Shown: piece after piece, positions 56,346-64,000 of the stretch
Layout: every line of letters starts with the position of its first letter
Position numbering within the stretch: the stretch's first letter is position 1
Assembly: GCA_020630915.1 (NCBI GenBank)
Contig: JAHDIF010000010.1
Coordinates: 30,210-94,209, forward strand
Reading direction: 5' to 3'
Length of the DNA stretch: 64,000 bases
From: Dokdonia sp.
GTDB taxonomy: Bacteria; Bacteroidota; Bacteroidia; Flavobacteriales; Flavobacteriaceae
The notes under the pieces: model-generated
What the model was told of the DNA's origin: nothing
Seen by the model: only the letters and a program-made list of their open reading frames with translations
Databases searched by the model: none
Program-made: the position numbers and the translations under genes

Positions 56346-57296
56346 ATGAAGTCAAGAATATTAATTATAGGGGCTTGTGGTCAAATAGGAACAGAATTAA
56401 CTACAGCATTACGATCGCGTTTTGGGGCAGATAAAGTTGTAGCCAGTGATATACGAGAAGGAGATGAAGGGATGATGAATGCAGGACATTTTGAAATACT
56501 AGACGCTACTGATTATGCGGCTGTAGAAGATGTGATTTTTAGGTATAAGGTGGATACAGTATACTTGATGGCGGCTATGTTGAGTGCTATTGCAGAGCGT
56601 TTTCCAGCCAAGGCTTGGGATCTCAATATGAATTCATTGTTTCACGTGCTTAACCTGGCAAAAGATGGGAAGATAAAGAAGGTTTTCTGGCCCTCGAGTA
56701 TTGCGGTTTTTGGAAAAACAACACCCAATGAGAACACGCCACAGATGACGGTTATGGAACCTTCTACAGTATATGGTATTTCTAAACAAACTGGGGAGCG
56801 CTGGTGTGAGTACTATTATAACAAGTACGGCGTAGATGTGCGCAGCATACGCTATCCTGGGCTCATAAGTTATACCACAGAACCTGGCGGCGGAACTACC
56901 GATTATGCCGTAGATATTTATCATAGAGCACTTAAACATGGCCATTATAGATGTTTCTTAAAAGAAGGGACTACATTACCTATGATGTATATGGATGACG
57001 CCATAAGAGCAACTATAGGAATTATGGATGTAGATCTGGAGGATATTAAAATACGCTCTAGTTACAACCTGGCAGGAGTAAGTTATGCTCCAGAAGAAGT
57101 AACCATGAGTATCCAAAAGCATTTACCTGATTTTTCTATTACCTATGAACCTGACTTTAGACAAGAGATTGCAGACACTTGGCCTAAAAGTATAGACGAT
57201 TCGCAAGCGCGTAAAGACTGGGGATGGGCACATAAATTTGACTTAGATGCGATTACCAAGATTATGATAGAAAATCTTAGACCTCGATATACATAA
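56346..57296 (+). CDS. SDR-type L-threonine 3-dehydrogenase / NAD-dependent epimerase family
   Basis: GACGQIG, PSSIAVFG, YGISK, PGGGTTDYAV; start reassigned to MKSRIL. Confidence 0.85.
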   Translation: MKSRILIIGACGQIGTELTTALRSRFGADKVVASDIREGDEGMMNAGHFEILDATDYAAVEDVIFRYKVDTVYLMAAMLSAIAERFPAKAWDLNMNSLFHVLNLAKDGKIKKVFWPSSIAVFGKTTPNENTPQMTVMEPSTVYGISKQTGERWCEYYYNKYGVDVRSIRYPGLISYTTEPGGGTTDYAVDIYHRALKHGHYRCFLKEGTTLPMMYMDDAIRATIGIMDVDLEDIKIRSSYNLAGVSYAPEEVTMSIQKHLPDFSITYEPDFRQEIADTWPKSIDDSQARKDWGWAHKFDLDAITKIMIENLRPRYT

Positions 57297-57420
57297 TTTG
57301 TAAGGGAACTTCCAAAAATGGGATAATGTATCGACTTAAAAACGTATTTAACATACTTTAAGACTCCTTAAAAGAGCGTTAAACAGGCGTTAATCTTCTT
57401 TTTGTTTAATAATTTTTAAA

Positions 57421-57428
57421 TAAATTTG
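57421..57428 (+). promoter_or_regulatory. Putative -7 element TAAATTTG heading the photolyase cluster
   Basis: Matches TAnnTTTG, 16 nt before the ATG at 57445. Confidence 0.5.
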
Positions 57429-57444
57429 AACAAAAAAAGTAGTT

Positions 57445-57606
57445 ATGTTTGGAGTGCGTTCAAGAATGAAAAAGGAGCAGTTGCTAAGAAACTATAAGCG
57501 ACTTATGAGAGAATCTACTGTGTTTTCAACATATGATATGCATGAGAGTAAGAGACTTTCTCGGCAGGCAGAGCTTGTGTTAGATCAGATAGAGCAGCTT
57601 GAGTAG
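57445..57606 (+). CDS. Small helical protein, Lacal_2735-like (53 aa; not in the track)
   Basis: MFGVRSRMKKEQLLRNYKRLMRES...AELVLDQIEQLE; abuts the next gene. Confidence 0.65.
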   Translation: MFGVRSRMKKEQLLRNYKRLMRESTVFSTYDMHESKRLSRQAELVLDQIEQLE

Positions 57607-57750
57607 GTGGCTCATAAAAAACCCAACTTACCGCAAAAAAGCTGCCTTGTTTGCAGCAGACCTTTCTTTTGGCGAAAAAAATGGGAGAAAAACTGGGATA
57701 AGGTAAAGTACTGTAGCGAGCGTTGTAGAAGATCAAAAAACCAAAATTAA
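57607..57750 (+). CDS. DUF2256 domain protein (47 aa; not in the track)
   Basis: GTG start; [19 protein letters not shown]...[10 protein letters not shown]; stop abuts the cry-DASH ATG. Confidence 0.85.
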   Translation: MAHKKPNLPQKSCLVCSRPFFWRKKWEKNWDKVKYCSERCRRSKNQN

Positions 57751-59046
57751 ATGAAAACAGGACTCGTATGGTTTCGTAATGATTTACGTAGCGAGGATAA
57801 CGTGTCGTTATCACGAGCAATCCAAGATTGTGACCGTGTGATAGGTATTTATTGTTTTGACCCAAGGCAGTTTGTTGTAGGAGATTTTGGCTTTAAAAAA
57901 ACGGAGAAATATAGAGCACAATTTTTAATTGAAACTGTCGTAAACCTTAGATACAAATTAGGTAAGCTCAATATCAGCCTAGTCGTAGTTCACGACCTTC
58001 CAGAAAATGCGGTTCCTCAGCTTATTGAGGAGCAAGATATAACAGCACTCTACTCGCAAAAAGAATGGACGGAAGAAGAAAACAAAGTAACGAAGGCAGT
58101 AGAAACCGTAATCAATATTCCTCATCACGCGCAATTCGATCAGTTTTTATTTCATCCAGATGATATTCCTTTTGAGAGTGTTCGGGACATTCCACAAGTA
58201 TTTACGCAGTTTAGAAAAAAATGTGAGAAAGAAAGTAGCGTTCGGGATGAGCAGCTAGACAATAAAAAATTACCAGAGAGCAACCTCATTGAAAAGGCTT
58301 CTCAAATACCAACTTTGGAGGATTTAGGATTGGATCGTTTTGAAAAAGATAGTCGCACAGCCTTCCCTTGGAAGGGTGGACAGGATGCTGCTTGGGAGCG
58401 TCTCAACGATTATTTCTGGAACACCGAAAAATTGGCCTATTATAAAAAAACACGTAACGGTCTTGTAGGTAAAGATTACAGTTCGAAGTTTTCTGCGTGG
58501 CTAGCAAACGGTTCTATATCAGCCCGTCAGATATATTGGGAGGTGAAACGGTTTGAAAGCCAAATCAAAAAAAATCAAGACACCTATTGGCTCATTTTTG
58601 AACTCATCTGGCGAGATTATTTTAAATATGTCTCGCTCAAGCACGGAAATGATCTCTTTAAAATAGGAGGTATTTTACATAAAGAATACGACTGGAAACA
58701 TAATGATAAAGCCCAGAGAGATTGGATCAACGGCAATACCAAATATGATTTTGTAAACGCAAATATGGTCGAGCTTAAGGAAACGGGCTGGATGAGTAAT
58801 CGTGGTAGGCAGAACGTGGCTAGCTTTTGGGCAAAAGAGCTAGAGCAAGACTGGCGAGTGGGAGCAGCCTATTTTGAAAGTATGCTTATAGACTACGACG
58901 TGCACAGCAACTGGGGCAACTGGATGTATAATGCAGGTGTAGGTAATGACCCTCGTGACCGTAAATTTAATATAGAAAGACAGGCACAAATGTATGATGG
59001 TAATGGCACGTTTGTGCGGTTGTGGTTGCAGGAGAAGCTGTTTTAA
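57751..59046 (+). CDS. DASH family cryptochrome
   Basis: VWFRNDLR, YKKTRNGLVG.DYSSKFSAWLANG, GWMSNRGRQN, GVGNDPR. Confidence 0.93.
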   Translation: MKTGLVWFRNDLRSEDNVSLSRAIQDCDRVIGIYCFDPRQFVVGDFGFKKTEKYRAQFLIETVVNLRYKLGKLNISLVVVHDLPENAVPQLIEEQDITALYSQKEWTEEENKVTKAVETVINIPHHAQFDQFLFHPDDIPFESVRDIPQVFTQFRKKCEKESSVRDEQLDNKKLPESNLIEKASQIPTLEDLGLDRFEKDSRTAFPWKGGQDAAWERLNDYFWNTEKLAYYKKTRNGLVGKDYSSKFSAWLANGSISARQIYWEVKRFESQIKKNQDTYWLIFELIWRDYFKYVSLKHGNDLFKIGGILHKEYDWKHNDKAQRDWINGNTKYDFVNANMVELKETGWMSNRGRQNVASFWAKELEQDWRVGAAYFESMLIDYDVHSNWGNWMYNAGVGNDPRDRKFNIERQAQMYDGNGTFVRLWLQEKLF

Positions 59047-59146
59047 AATCAGGTAGGACGTAAGACTACTAACCAGTAAGTACAGCTTGTTTAGCCTTAC
59101 ATCATAACCAAAAAGAATTTAAATTCTAATACTAAAAAATTAATCT

Positions 59147-60706
59147 ATCAAAACCCTTAGACTACTACTCGGCGATCAACTTAATCATCAGCATTCTTGG
59201 TATGAAGATACTAATGACGAGGTGATTTATTTTATGGCAGAGATGCGCCAAGAGACCAATTATGTAAAACATCATATTCAAAAAGTAGTGGCCTTTTTTC
59301 AAGCAATGCGGGAGTTTGCAAGTTGGCTTAAAGAGCGTGGGCATACGGTAATTTATTACAGGTTAGACGATAAAAAAAATACAGGAGATTTAGTCAAAAA
59401 TCTTGAAGCTCTAATCAAAAATCACGGTATACAGCGGTTTGAATATCAAATGCCTGATGAGTACCGACTGGATGAAATGTTAGAACGCTTTCGCGAAACT
59501 TGTGCTGAGCGCAGTCGAAGTGGCGTCTCCATTCCCACCGAAGTATGCGACACCGAACACTTTATGACCACCCGTACCGAGCTTGCCGAATTTTACGAAG
59601 GCAAAAAGCAGTACACCATGGAATATTTCTACCGTATGATGCGTAAGAAATACGACCTGATGATGATAAACGATAAAGACCCCGAAGGTGGCAAGTGGAA
59701 TTTTGACCATAGCAATCGCAATAAGTGGAAGGGCGATGTAGAGATACCTCATGAGCGTAGTTTTAGGAAAGATGTGACCGAGATTGTGGAGCTGCTAGAA
59801 AAGGAAGATGTCGAGACAATGGGAAATATAGATGCGAAGCAGTTTAGCTGGCCTACAAGTCGGGAAGATGGGCTTTCTGTTTTGAACTACTTCTGCAAAA
59901 ACTTGTTAGTACATTTTGGCGATTATCAAGATGCGATGGATCCGGAAGAGGCCTATTTGTTTCACTCGAGACTGAGCTTTGCGATGAATAGCAAGTTGCT
60001 CTCTCCGCAGGAAGTGGTAGAAACTGTGATAGGATACTGGCGTGAGCATCAAGATGAGATAGACATCAGCCAAGTAGAAGGATTTGTAAGGCAAATTATA
60101 GGCTGGCGAGAATATATGCGCGGGATGTACTGGATGCAGATGCCCGCTTTCGCGAAAGCAAACCACCTAGAAAACCACAACAAACTCCCTGATTTTTACT
60201 GGACAGGTGAGACAAAAATGAATTGCCTTAAATGCAGTATAAACAATAGCCTAGATAATGCCTATGCTCATCACATACAGCGATTAATGGTGACAGGCAA
60301 CTATGCTTTACTTACGATGACAGAACCTAGTGAGGTAGATGCGTGGTACTTGGGAGTGTACATAGATGCGATTGAGTGGGTAGAAATCACAAACACACGT
60401 GGGATGTCACAGTGGGCAGATGGTGGTAAAATCGCGACCAAGCCTTACGTAAGTAGCGGTAGTTACATTAATAAAATGAGTAATTATTGCAAGGCTTGTC
60501 ACTATAAAGTGAGTAAGAAAACAGGCGAAGATGCCTGCCCTTTTAATAGTTTATACTGGAATTTTATAGACGAAAAGCAAGAGTATTTTAGAAATAACAG
60601 GCGTATGAGTATGATGCTCAGTTTGCTCAATAAAATGGAGAAAGAAACTCTTGCCACCCACAAAGAACGTGCAGACGACATCATAAAACACCCAGAAAAC
60701 TATTAA
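59147..60706 (+). CDS. phrB: PhrB/CryB-type FeS cryptochrome/(6-4) photolyase; conserved N-terminus begins at an ATC codon
   Basis: LLGDQL upstream of the track start, [20 protein letters not shown], four cluster cysteines (NCL, YCKAC, ACP). Confidence 0.88.
   Translation: MKTLRLLLGDQLNHQHSWYEDTNDEVIYFMAEMRQETNYVKHHIQKVVAFFQAMREFASWLKERGHTVIYYRLDDKKNTGDLVKNLEALIKNHGIQRFEYQMPDEYRLDEMLERFRETCAERSRSGVSIPTEVCDTEHFMTTRTELAEFYEGKKQYTMEYFYRMMRKKYDLMMINDKDPEGGKWNFDHSNRNKWKGDVEIPHERSFRKDVTEIVELLEKEDVETMGNIDAKQFSWPTSREDGLSVLNYFCKNLLVHFGDYQDAMDPEEAYLFHSRLSFAMNSKLLSPQEVVETVIGYWREHQDEIDISQVEGFVRQIIGWREYMRGMYWMQMPAFAKANHLENHNKLPDFYWTGETKMNCLKCSINNSLDNAYAHHIQRLMVTGNYALLTMTEPSEVDAWYLGVYIDAIEWVEITNTRGMSQWADGGKIATKPYVSSGSYINKMSNYCKACHYKVSKKTGEDACPFNSLYWNFIDEKQEYFRNNRRMSMMLSLLNKMEKETLATHKERADDIIKHPENY
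59487..59526. repeat. Palindrome copy interrupted by a 24-bp REP-like unit (ACTTGTGCTGAGCGCAGTCGAAGT) inside phrB
   Basis: GCTTTCGCGAAA...GCGT; GAGCGCAGTCGA shared with 13126-13141. Confidence 0.75.
60146..60159. repeat. Iterated palindrome in phrB (AFAKA)
   Basis: Exact match, preceded by CCC as in the REP arm. Confidence 0.95.
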
Positions 60707-62219
60707 ACCCGAGGTAAACATAGTATGGTTAAAACGTGACTTGCGATTGCAAGATCACTTGCCCTTGTACAATGCGCTTCAAGAGGATAGACCCCTATTG
60801 TTGCTGTATGTTTTTGAGCCTTCGTTGCTAGAAGATGATCACTACAGTGAGCGACATTTTAATTTTATAAGGGAGTCCCTACGTGATGTGCAGCGTCAAC
60901 TTTTGGAGCACAATTCACAGGTACTTATTGTTCAAGGTGAGGCGGTTGACGTATTTAAAACCTTGATTGAACGTGTAAAAATTCACACTGTTTTCTCGCA
61001 TCAAGAGACTGGATTAAAAATCACGTATGATCGCGATCTGGGATTGGAAGCTTTCGCGAAAGCGTTAAAAACCCAATCTCCAGAAAAAAAGTTTGGTTGG
61101 GTAGAGTTTATGAATAACGGCGTGCAACGCGGCCTCAAAAACCGAAAAGGTTGGGTAGGCGACTGGGAGTGGTTTATGAAACAGCCACAACTGTCTTTTG
61201 AGCCTAAGCTAGGACAACTTTTAAAGGTTGAAAAAGTACAAGCGCTAGCACAGCACTTTGAAATCCCTTCGTTAGAAACACCTGAGAATACTCCTTTTCA
61301 AAAAGGAGGGACACACACTGGCTTGAGATATTTACACTCCTTTTTAGAGGGTGAACGGTATAGAAACTATAGCAATCATATTTCAAAACCGTTGCTAGCA
61401 AGAAAGAGTTGTTCTAGGGTTTCACCGTATATCGCTTGGGGTAATTTGAGTGTTCGGCAGGTGTGGCAAGCGGCTAAATCCTTTAGGGCACAGTCTAAAA
61501 ACAAACGCGCCATTGACGGATTTACTTCACGATTACGCTGGCAAGCACATTTTATTCAGAAGTTTGAGATGGAAGATACGATGGAATTTGTGAGTGTAAA
61601 TAAAGGATATCATCACCTAAAGAAACCTAGAAATGAAAGCTATCAAAAAGCTTGGAGAGAAGGAAAGACGGGTTACCCTCTGGTAGATGCATGTATGCGA
61701 TGTCTCAATGAGACAGGATACCTAAACTTTAGGATGCGCGCGATGACCCTATCTTTTTTTACACATAATTTATGGCAACCTTGGCAAGATGCATCACATC
61801 ACCTTGCGCAGCAGTTTCTAGATTTTGAGCCGGGAATACACTATCCTCAAATCCAGATGCAAGCGGGAGAAACGGGTATCAATATGTTGCGTATTTATAA
61901 TCCTGTAAAAAATAGTGAAGAGCACGATCCAGAAGGCGTTTTTATTAAAAAATGGGTGCCAGAACTAGCCGAAGTACCACTGGCATATATACATAAGCCA
62001 TGGACTATGAGTGTCTTGGAACAGCAATTTTGTAACGTTAGTATAGGTGCAGATTACCCAGACCCTCTTATTAATATTAAAGAAACAGCAAAGCATGCTG
62101 GAGATATACTCTGGGAACTTAAAGAGAATACACTAGTAAAGCAAGACGCCTATCGTATCTTAAAACGCCACACGCTGGCTGATAGAAAAGTATGGGATGA
62201 GCCAGAAGAGACGAGATAA
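60702..62219 (+). CDS. DNA photolyase/cryptochrome family FAD-binding protein; conserved N-terminus begins at an ATT codon
   Basis: [12 protein letters not shown] lies upstream of the track's TTG; [41 protein letters not shown]. Confidence 0.88.
   Translation: MKPEVNIVWLKRDLRLQDHLPLYNALQEDRPLLLLYVFEPSLLEDDHYSERHFNFIRESLRDVQRQLLEHNSQVLIVQGEAVDVFKTLIERVKIHTVFSHQETGLKITYDRDLGLEAFAKALKTQSPEKKFGWVEFMNNGVQRGLKNRKGWVGDWEWFMKQPQLSFEPKLGQLLKVEKVQALAQHFEIPSLETPENTPFQKGGTHTGLRYLHSFLEGERYRNYSNHISKPLLARKSCSRVSPYIAWGNLSVRQVWQAAKSFRAQSKNKRAIDGFTSRLRWQAHFIQKFEMEDTMEFVSVNKGYHHLKKPRNESYQKAWREGKTGYPLVDACMRCLNETGYLNFRMRAMTLSFFTHNLWQPWQDASHHLAQQFLDFEPGIHYPQIQMQAGETGINMLRIYNPVKNSEEHDPEGVFIKKWVPELAEVPLAYIHKPWTMSVLEQQFCNVSIGADYPDPLINIKETAKHAGDILWELKENTLVKQDAYRILKRHTLADRKVWDEPEETR
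61050..61063. repeat. Iterated palindrome in the photolyase gene (AFAKA)
   Basis: Exact match. Confidence 0.95.
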
Positions 62220-62283
62220 AAAAATTACAGAATAATTAAAAGTGCGAGTAAAATTACATTTTTTTTTAAATAATACTTATACC

Positions 62284-62583
62284 ATGGGAAAAACAGTATT
62301 GCCAGAATTTACAGAACGTGAGATAGACCGCATTATAGAGATGGCGTGGGAAGATCGCACCACTTTTGATGGGATTGAATTACAGTTTGGCATTAAAGAA
62401 CAGCAGGTAATAGAACTGATGCGTCGTGAGATGAAGTCTAGCAGTTTTAAAATGTGGCGAGCTCGGGTACAAGGGCGTAAGACAAAGCACGAAGCAAAGA
62501 GAGCTTATGGGCTGGATGATGCTCGTTTTAAATGCAGCAGGCAGAAGCAGATTACACATAACAAGATTGCGAAGCGCAGATAG
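62284..62583 (+). CDS. TIGR03643 family protein
   Basis: IDRIIEMAWEDRT.F..I..QFG, FKMWRARV.GRKTKH; start at ATG 62284. Confidence 0.88.
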   Translation: MGKTVLPEFTEREIDRIIEMAWEDRTTFDGIELQFGIKEQQVIELMRREMKSSSFKMWRARVQGRKTKHEAKRAYGLDDARFKCSRQKQITHNKIAKRR

Positions 62584-62669
62584 GATCAATGTTTTTTGTA
62601 AGTTAGAAGGAACAGACAGATACTCTTGTTAACAATTCATAATTTTCATTTTGTTTAAACTTTGAGCTG

Positions 62670-62677
62670 TATCTTTG
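62670..62677 (+). promoter_or_regulatory. Putative -7 element TATCTTTG
   Basis: 39 nt before the ATG at 62717. Confidence 0.55.
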
Positions 62678-62716
62678 CACAAGAAGCTATTTTGCGATGA
62701 ATAGTGAGTATTATTT

Positions 62717-63151
62717 ATGACAAAGAAAAAACCAGATCAAGTCGTTTATAACGAAGAAAAAGGAAAGTACGATGCTGCGCTAACTCCTTACGCAACAAAT
62801 CTCGGGGCGCCAGCTATTGTGACAGATGACGTTACCACTTGGAAAAATGCCAATATTAGTAAGGTAAACCATCAATTTGGGACCGAGTATCAAGAGCTTA
62901 AGGCTAAGTATGAGAAAATGATGGAAAAATTTGAGTATAACAACCTCATATACTCTGCAAAATTTTCTTTCGAGCCTATTGTAGGTGCCGTTTATCACCT
63001 TTATAAAAGTAAAGATGGCGAGCCATTTTTATCTCTTATTTCTCCAGAAGAATGTACGTGGGATTTTGCTGGCACTTTTGAGTTAAAAGCAGATAAGATA
63101 TGGAACCGACTAGATACTCCAGAAATAGAAGAAGAAGCAAAGAATGAGTAA
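62717..63151 (+). CDS. DUF2452 domain protein
   Basis: PYATNLGAPAI, AKFSFEPIVG..YHLY, LSLISP.E. Confidence 0.8.
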   Translation: MTKKKPDQVVYNEEKGKYDAALTPYATNLGAPAIVTDDVTTWKNANISKVNHQFGTEYQELKAKYEKMMEKFEYNNLIYSAKFSFEPIVGAVYHLYKSKDGEPFLSLISPEECTWDFAGTFELKADKIWNRLDTPEIEEEAKNE

Positions 63152-63680
63152 AAACTTACAACAAGCAACCTTGGGAGGTGGCTGTTTCTGGTGTGTTGAA
63201 GCAGTTGTGCAAAGACTTAAAGGAGTGTCTAATGTAATTTCTGGTTATGCTGGAGGAACGGTTCCCGGACATCCTACCTATCGAGAAATATGTTCTGGAC
63301 TTACAGGGCACGCAGAGGTCATACAATTTGATTTTGATCCAAGTATAATTTCCTATGTAGAGATACTAGCAGTTTTCCTTACTACCCACGACCCTACTAC
63401 GCTCAATAGACAGGGTGCAGATAGAGGAACACAATATAGGTCTGTAATCTTTTATCATAACGACGAGCAAAAAAATCAGGCATTGGAGGTTATTAAAGAG
63501 GTTCAAGAATATTATGAAGATCCTATTGTAACAGAAATATCTCCAGTTCCCATTTTTTATGAAGCTACAGAGGAACATCAAGATTATTATAACGAGAATA
63601 GACAACAAGGATATTGTCGCATTGTGATAGATCCTAAAGTGTCTAAACTTAAGAGTTTATATAGTCATTTATTGGCCTAA
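63144..63680 (+). CDS. msrA: Peptide-methionine (S)-S-oxide reductase
   Basis: GGGCFWCVE, SGYAGG, GHAEV, TQYRS, AEEEHQDYY-like, GYC. Confidence 0.96.
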   Translation: MSKNLQQATLGGGCFWCVEAVVQRLKGVSNVISGYAGGTVPGHPTYREICSGLTGHAEVIQFDFDPSIISYVEILAVFLTTHDPTTLNRQGADRGTQYRSVIFYHNDEQKNQALEVIKEVQEYYEDPIVTEISPVPIFYEATEEHQDYYNENRQQGYCRIVIDPKVSKLKSLYSHLLA

Positions 63681-64000
63681 CGCGGCTTGTTTATGAGTCT
63701 GTAAATTAACAGCGCGGTTCGTTTTGTGAGCATTTCTATGGTATTAAGATTTACCGTTTCTTTAGGAGTATGTGCACCAGTTCCCATTGTTCCTAGACCA
63801 TCAAGACAAGCAACATATTCTGCAACAAAAGAGACATCTGCAGCACCGCGCTTGCCAGGATCATATGGCAACACTTCTGGACCGCCCATATCCTGACTTA
63901 CTTGGCTCAAAACTTCTAGTAGTTCATAATTTTGTTTCGTAGGTTTCATTGCTGGGTAGCTGTCTTGAAACTCAACTACAGCACTTGTTTGTGGTAAATT
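63677..64000 (-). CDS. M20/M25/M40 family metallo-hydrolase, C-terminal part; gene starts beyond the window
   Basis: Frame open to base 64000; RGAADVSF, DGLG..G.GAHT..E motifs. Confidence 0.8.
   Translation of the reverse strand, partial: NLPQTSAVVEFQDSYPAMKPTKQNYELLEVLSQVSQDMGGPEVLPYDPGKRGAADVSFVAEYVACLDGLGTMGTGAHTPKETVNLNTIEMLTKRTALLIYRLINKPR

Noticed and set aside
57340-57437. TnnACA motifs as a CarH/LitR light-responsive operator
   Set aside because: The motifs are present but not at a regular 11-bp spacing, and no regulator gene is in the window
57515-57865. 116-aa minus-strand ORF
   Set aside because: The plus strand holds two recognisable small genes and the cry-DASH start
1654-61063. 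Palindrome copies as a CRISPR array or ordinary terminators
   Set aside because: They are dispersed kilobases apart with no spacers or cas genes, lack U-tracts, and half lie inside CDSs
312-63608. Numerous short antisense or alternate-frame ORFs in the track
   Set aside because: They overlap well-supported genes and show no recognisable motifs; treated as shadow ORFs
1-64000. rRNA, tRNA, riboswitch, transposase or integrase genes
   Set aside because: No recognisable cloverleaf, rRNA, riboswitch or transposase signatures seen by eye; an Infernal/HMM scan would be needed to exclude divergent ones

Overview
64 kb of a Flavobacteriaceae (Bacteroidota) chromosome, Dokdonia-like by gene content and by eye about 35-40% GC; the genus is an inference. 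It is mostly core genome: a Gfo/Idh/MocA-isomerase-DUF1080 sugar cluster, yicC-gmk-nadD, gpsA, pheS, SulP plus carbonic anhydrase, the moxR-bat operon, T9SS cargo proteins, an SPFH/zinc-ribbon pair, ALDH7 and nbaC, several peptidases, and a three-gene photolyase/cryptochrome cluster with msrA. I found no rRNA, tRNA, CRISPR array, transposase or integrase. The main unexplained signal is a highly iterated perfect palindrome, GCTTTCGCGAAAGC (usually Y-core-R, 16 bp). I counted 19 exact copies by eye, 10 intergenic and 9 inside genes, where it is translated in all three frames (AFAKA, RFRES, LSRK). It co-occurs with several REP-like hairpin families; one 24-bp REP-like unit appears inserted in frame into a palindrome copy within the PhrB-type photolyase gene. 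Two adjacent photolyase genes have no ATG/GTG/TTG ahead of their conserved N-terminal motifs (ATC and ATT stand there instead). Family names come from recognising motifs, not from database searches.
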